From positions 1-51,041 of the forward strand of contig WFSI01000033.1 in the NCBI GenBank assembly GCA_015486105.1: 51,041 bases of DNA. Direction: 5' to 3'. How positions within the stretch are numbered: the stretch's first letter is position 1; each line of letters begins with the position of its first letter. Below are positions 50,507 to 51,041 of the stretch, piece by piece. The stretch comes from Aquificota bacterium (GTDB lineage: Bacteria; Thermosulfidibacterota; Thermosulfidibacteria; Thermosulfidibacterales; B14-G1). The position numbers and the translations under genes are program-made. Below the pieces are notes generated by a model, which saw nothing but the letters and a program-made list of their open reading frames with translations, did no database searches and had not been told where the DNA came from.

Positions 50507-51041
50507 CTCTTTCCCTCTACTCGCACAAGGATCAGGGATACCATTTCCGGCAAGATCTGGGCCCTGCGCTCCAGTTGCTCTTTGAAGCGTTGTTCCTCCT
50601 GCTCTAAAAGCCTGAGTCGATAGTTACGGACCTGGGGCAGTCCGATGCGCTCGATGGCTCTGCATCGTGCAGCAAAGGCGTACTCGCCCTTTTCACGCTC
50701 CCGCGCAAGGCGCTCTTGGTGAGCCTGCACCAGCTCGTCGTAGATCGTCTTCCCCTGTTGTTCCGCCGCCTTCCGGAGTTGCTCGAAGGCTTGATGAGAG
50801 CTCTCGATGTCCAAATGCCGGAGGATCGTGGGGGAGGTGGTCAGCAGTTGATCCCAGATGTGCCGGGCAGTCGGCGCAAACACCCGACCATCGTCGGCCA
50901 GGAACAAAGGCAACACGCGCCGTTGGCGCGTGAGTGCTGAGCTTTGAGGACTGAGTGTTGAGTCAATCTGAATCGAAATTTCCCACAAGGACCAAAAGCC
51001 TCGTATCTCTGGGGCAAGGCCAGGAAGCGTGATGACCGGGA
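50503..51041 (-). CDS. C-terminal end of a large protein, probably an SNF2/COG0553-type helicase (BrxHII-like); 5'-truncated by the window edge
   Basis: I translated past the listed TTG and the frame stays open to position 51041. The tail (LPLFLADDGRVFAPTARHIWDQLL ... ERIGLPQVRNYRLRLLEQEEQRFKEQLERRAQILPEMVSLILVRV) resembles, from memory, the C-terminal domain of helicases encoded next to pglZ. No helicase motif lies inside the window. Confidence 0.4.
   Translation of the reverse strand, partial: PVITLPGLAPEIRGFWSLWEISIQIDSTLSPQSSALTRQRRVLPLFLADDGRVFAPTARHIWDQLLTTSPTILRHLDIESSHQAFEQLRKAAEQQGKTIYDELVQAHQERLAREREKGEYAFAARCRAIERIGLPQVRNYRLRLLEQEEQRFKEQLERRAQILPEMVSLILVRVEGKR

Overview
This is a dense bacterial chromosomal segment with short or overlapping gene junctions and AGG/AGA-rich, CpG-poor coding. 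I cannot assign a taxon from sequence alone. About 46 kb is core housekeeping: hemA/hemC, exbBD-like, a cysK-mfd-3x parvulin operon, queD/queC/queE, rho, tadA, ispG, argJ, guaA, alr, xerD, xerC-hslVU, pyrRB, tsaE, ubiA-like and ppiD. Four tRNA genes are present: Ser-CGA, Arg-ACG, Gly-GCC and Cys-GCA. Two observations stand out. (1) The archaeal-type entry to the shikimate pathway (aroA' ADH synthase and aroB' DHQ synthase II, 26686..28466, minus strand) has a roughly 210-nt leader. The leader encodes a 33-codon peptide with the run W-F-W-F-Y-Y-W-W. Four segments follow that can pair 1:2, 2:3 or 3:4, with 3:4 forming a 9-bp hairpin plus U-tract, which is the layout of a ribosome-mediated attenuator. 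(2) Directly 3' of a tRNA-Gly/tRNA-Cys pair (from about 46456 to the window edge) the composition changes by eye to a CpG-rich block. It carries five minus-strand genes joined by four consecutive ATGA start/stop overlaps: a large-protein C-terminus open at the edge (likely an SNF2-type helicase), a HEPN-like(RNAIVH)+CBS-pair protein, PglZ, a 260-aa helical protein, and a DUF4236-like ORF. I read this as the 3' half of a BREX type-3-like defense island with an unusual embedded HEPN-CBS gene, truncated by the window. Smaller oddities are: tadA has no stop codon of its own and terminates inside tRNA-Ser while sitting just downstream of its substrate gene tRNA-Arg(ACG); a PilT homolog has every ATPase motif degenerate; a response regulator has a Cys-rich C-terminal module; and there are two decay zones (an rve transposase remnant and a frameshifted LivK-like remnant next to a GAF ORF). 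I saw no CRISPR array and no rRNA. Start codons are my best choice among alternatives, and no similarity search, GC calculation or RNA folding was run.
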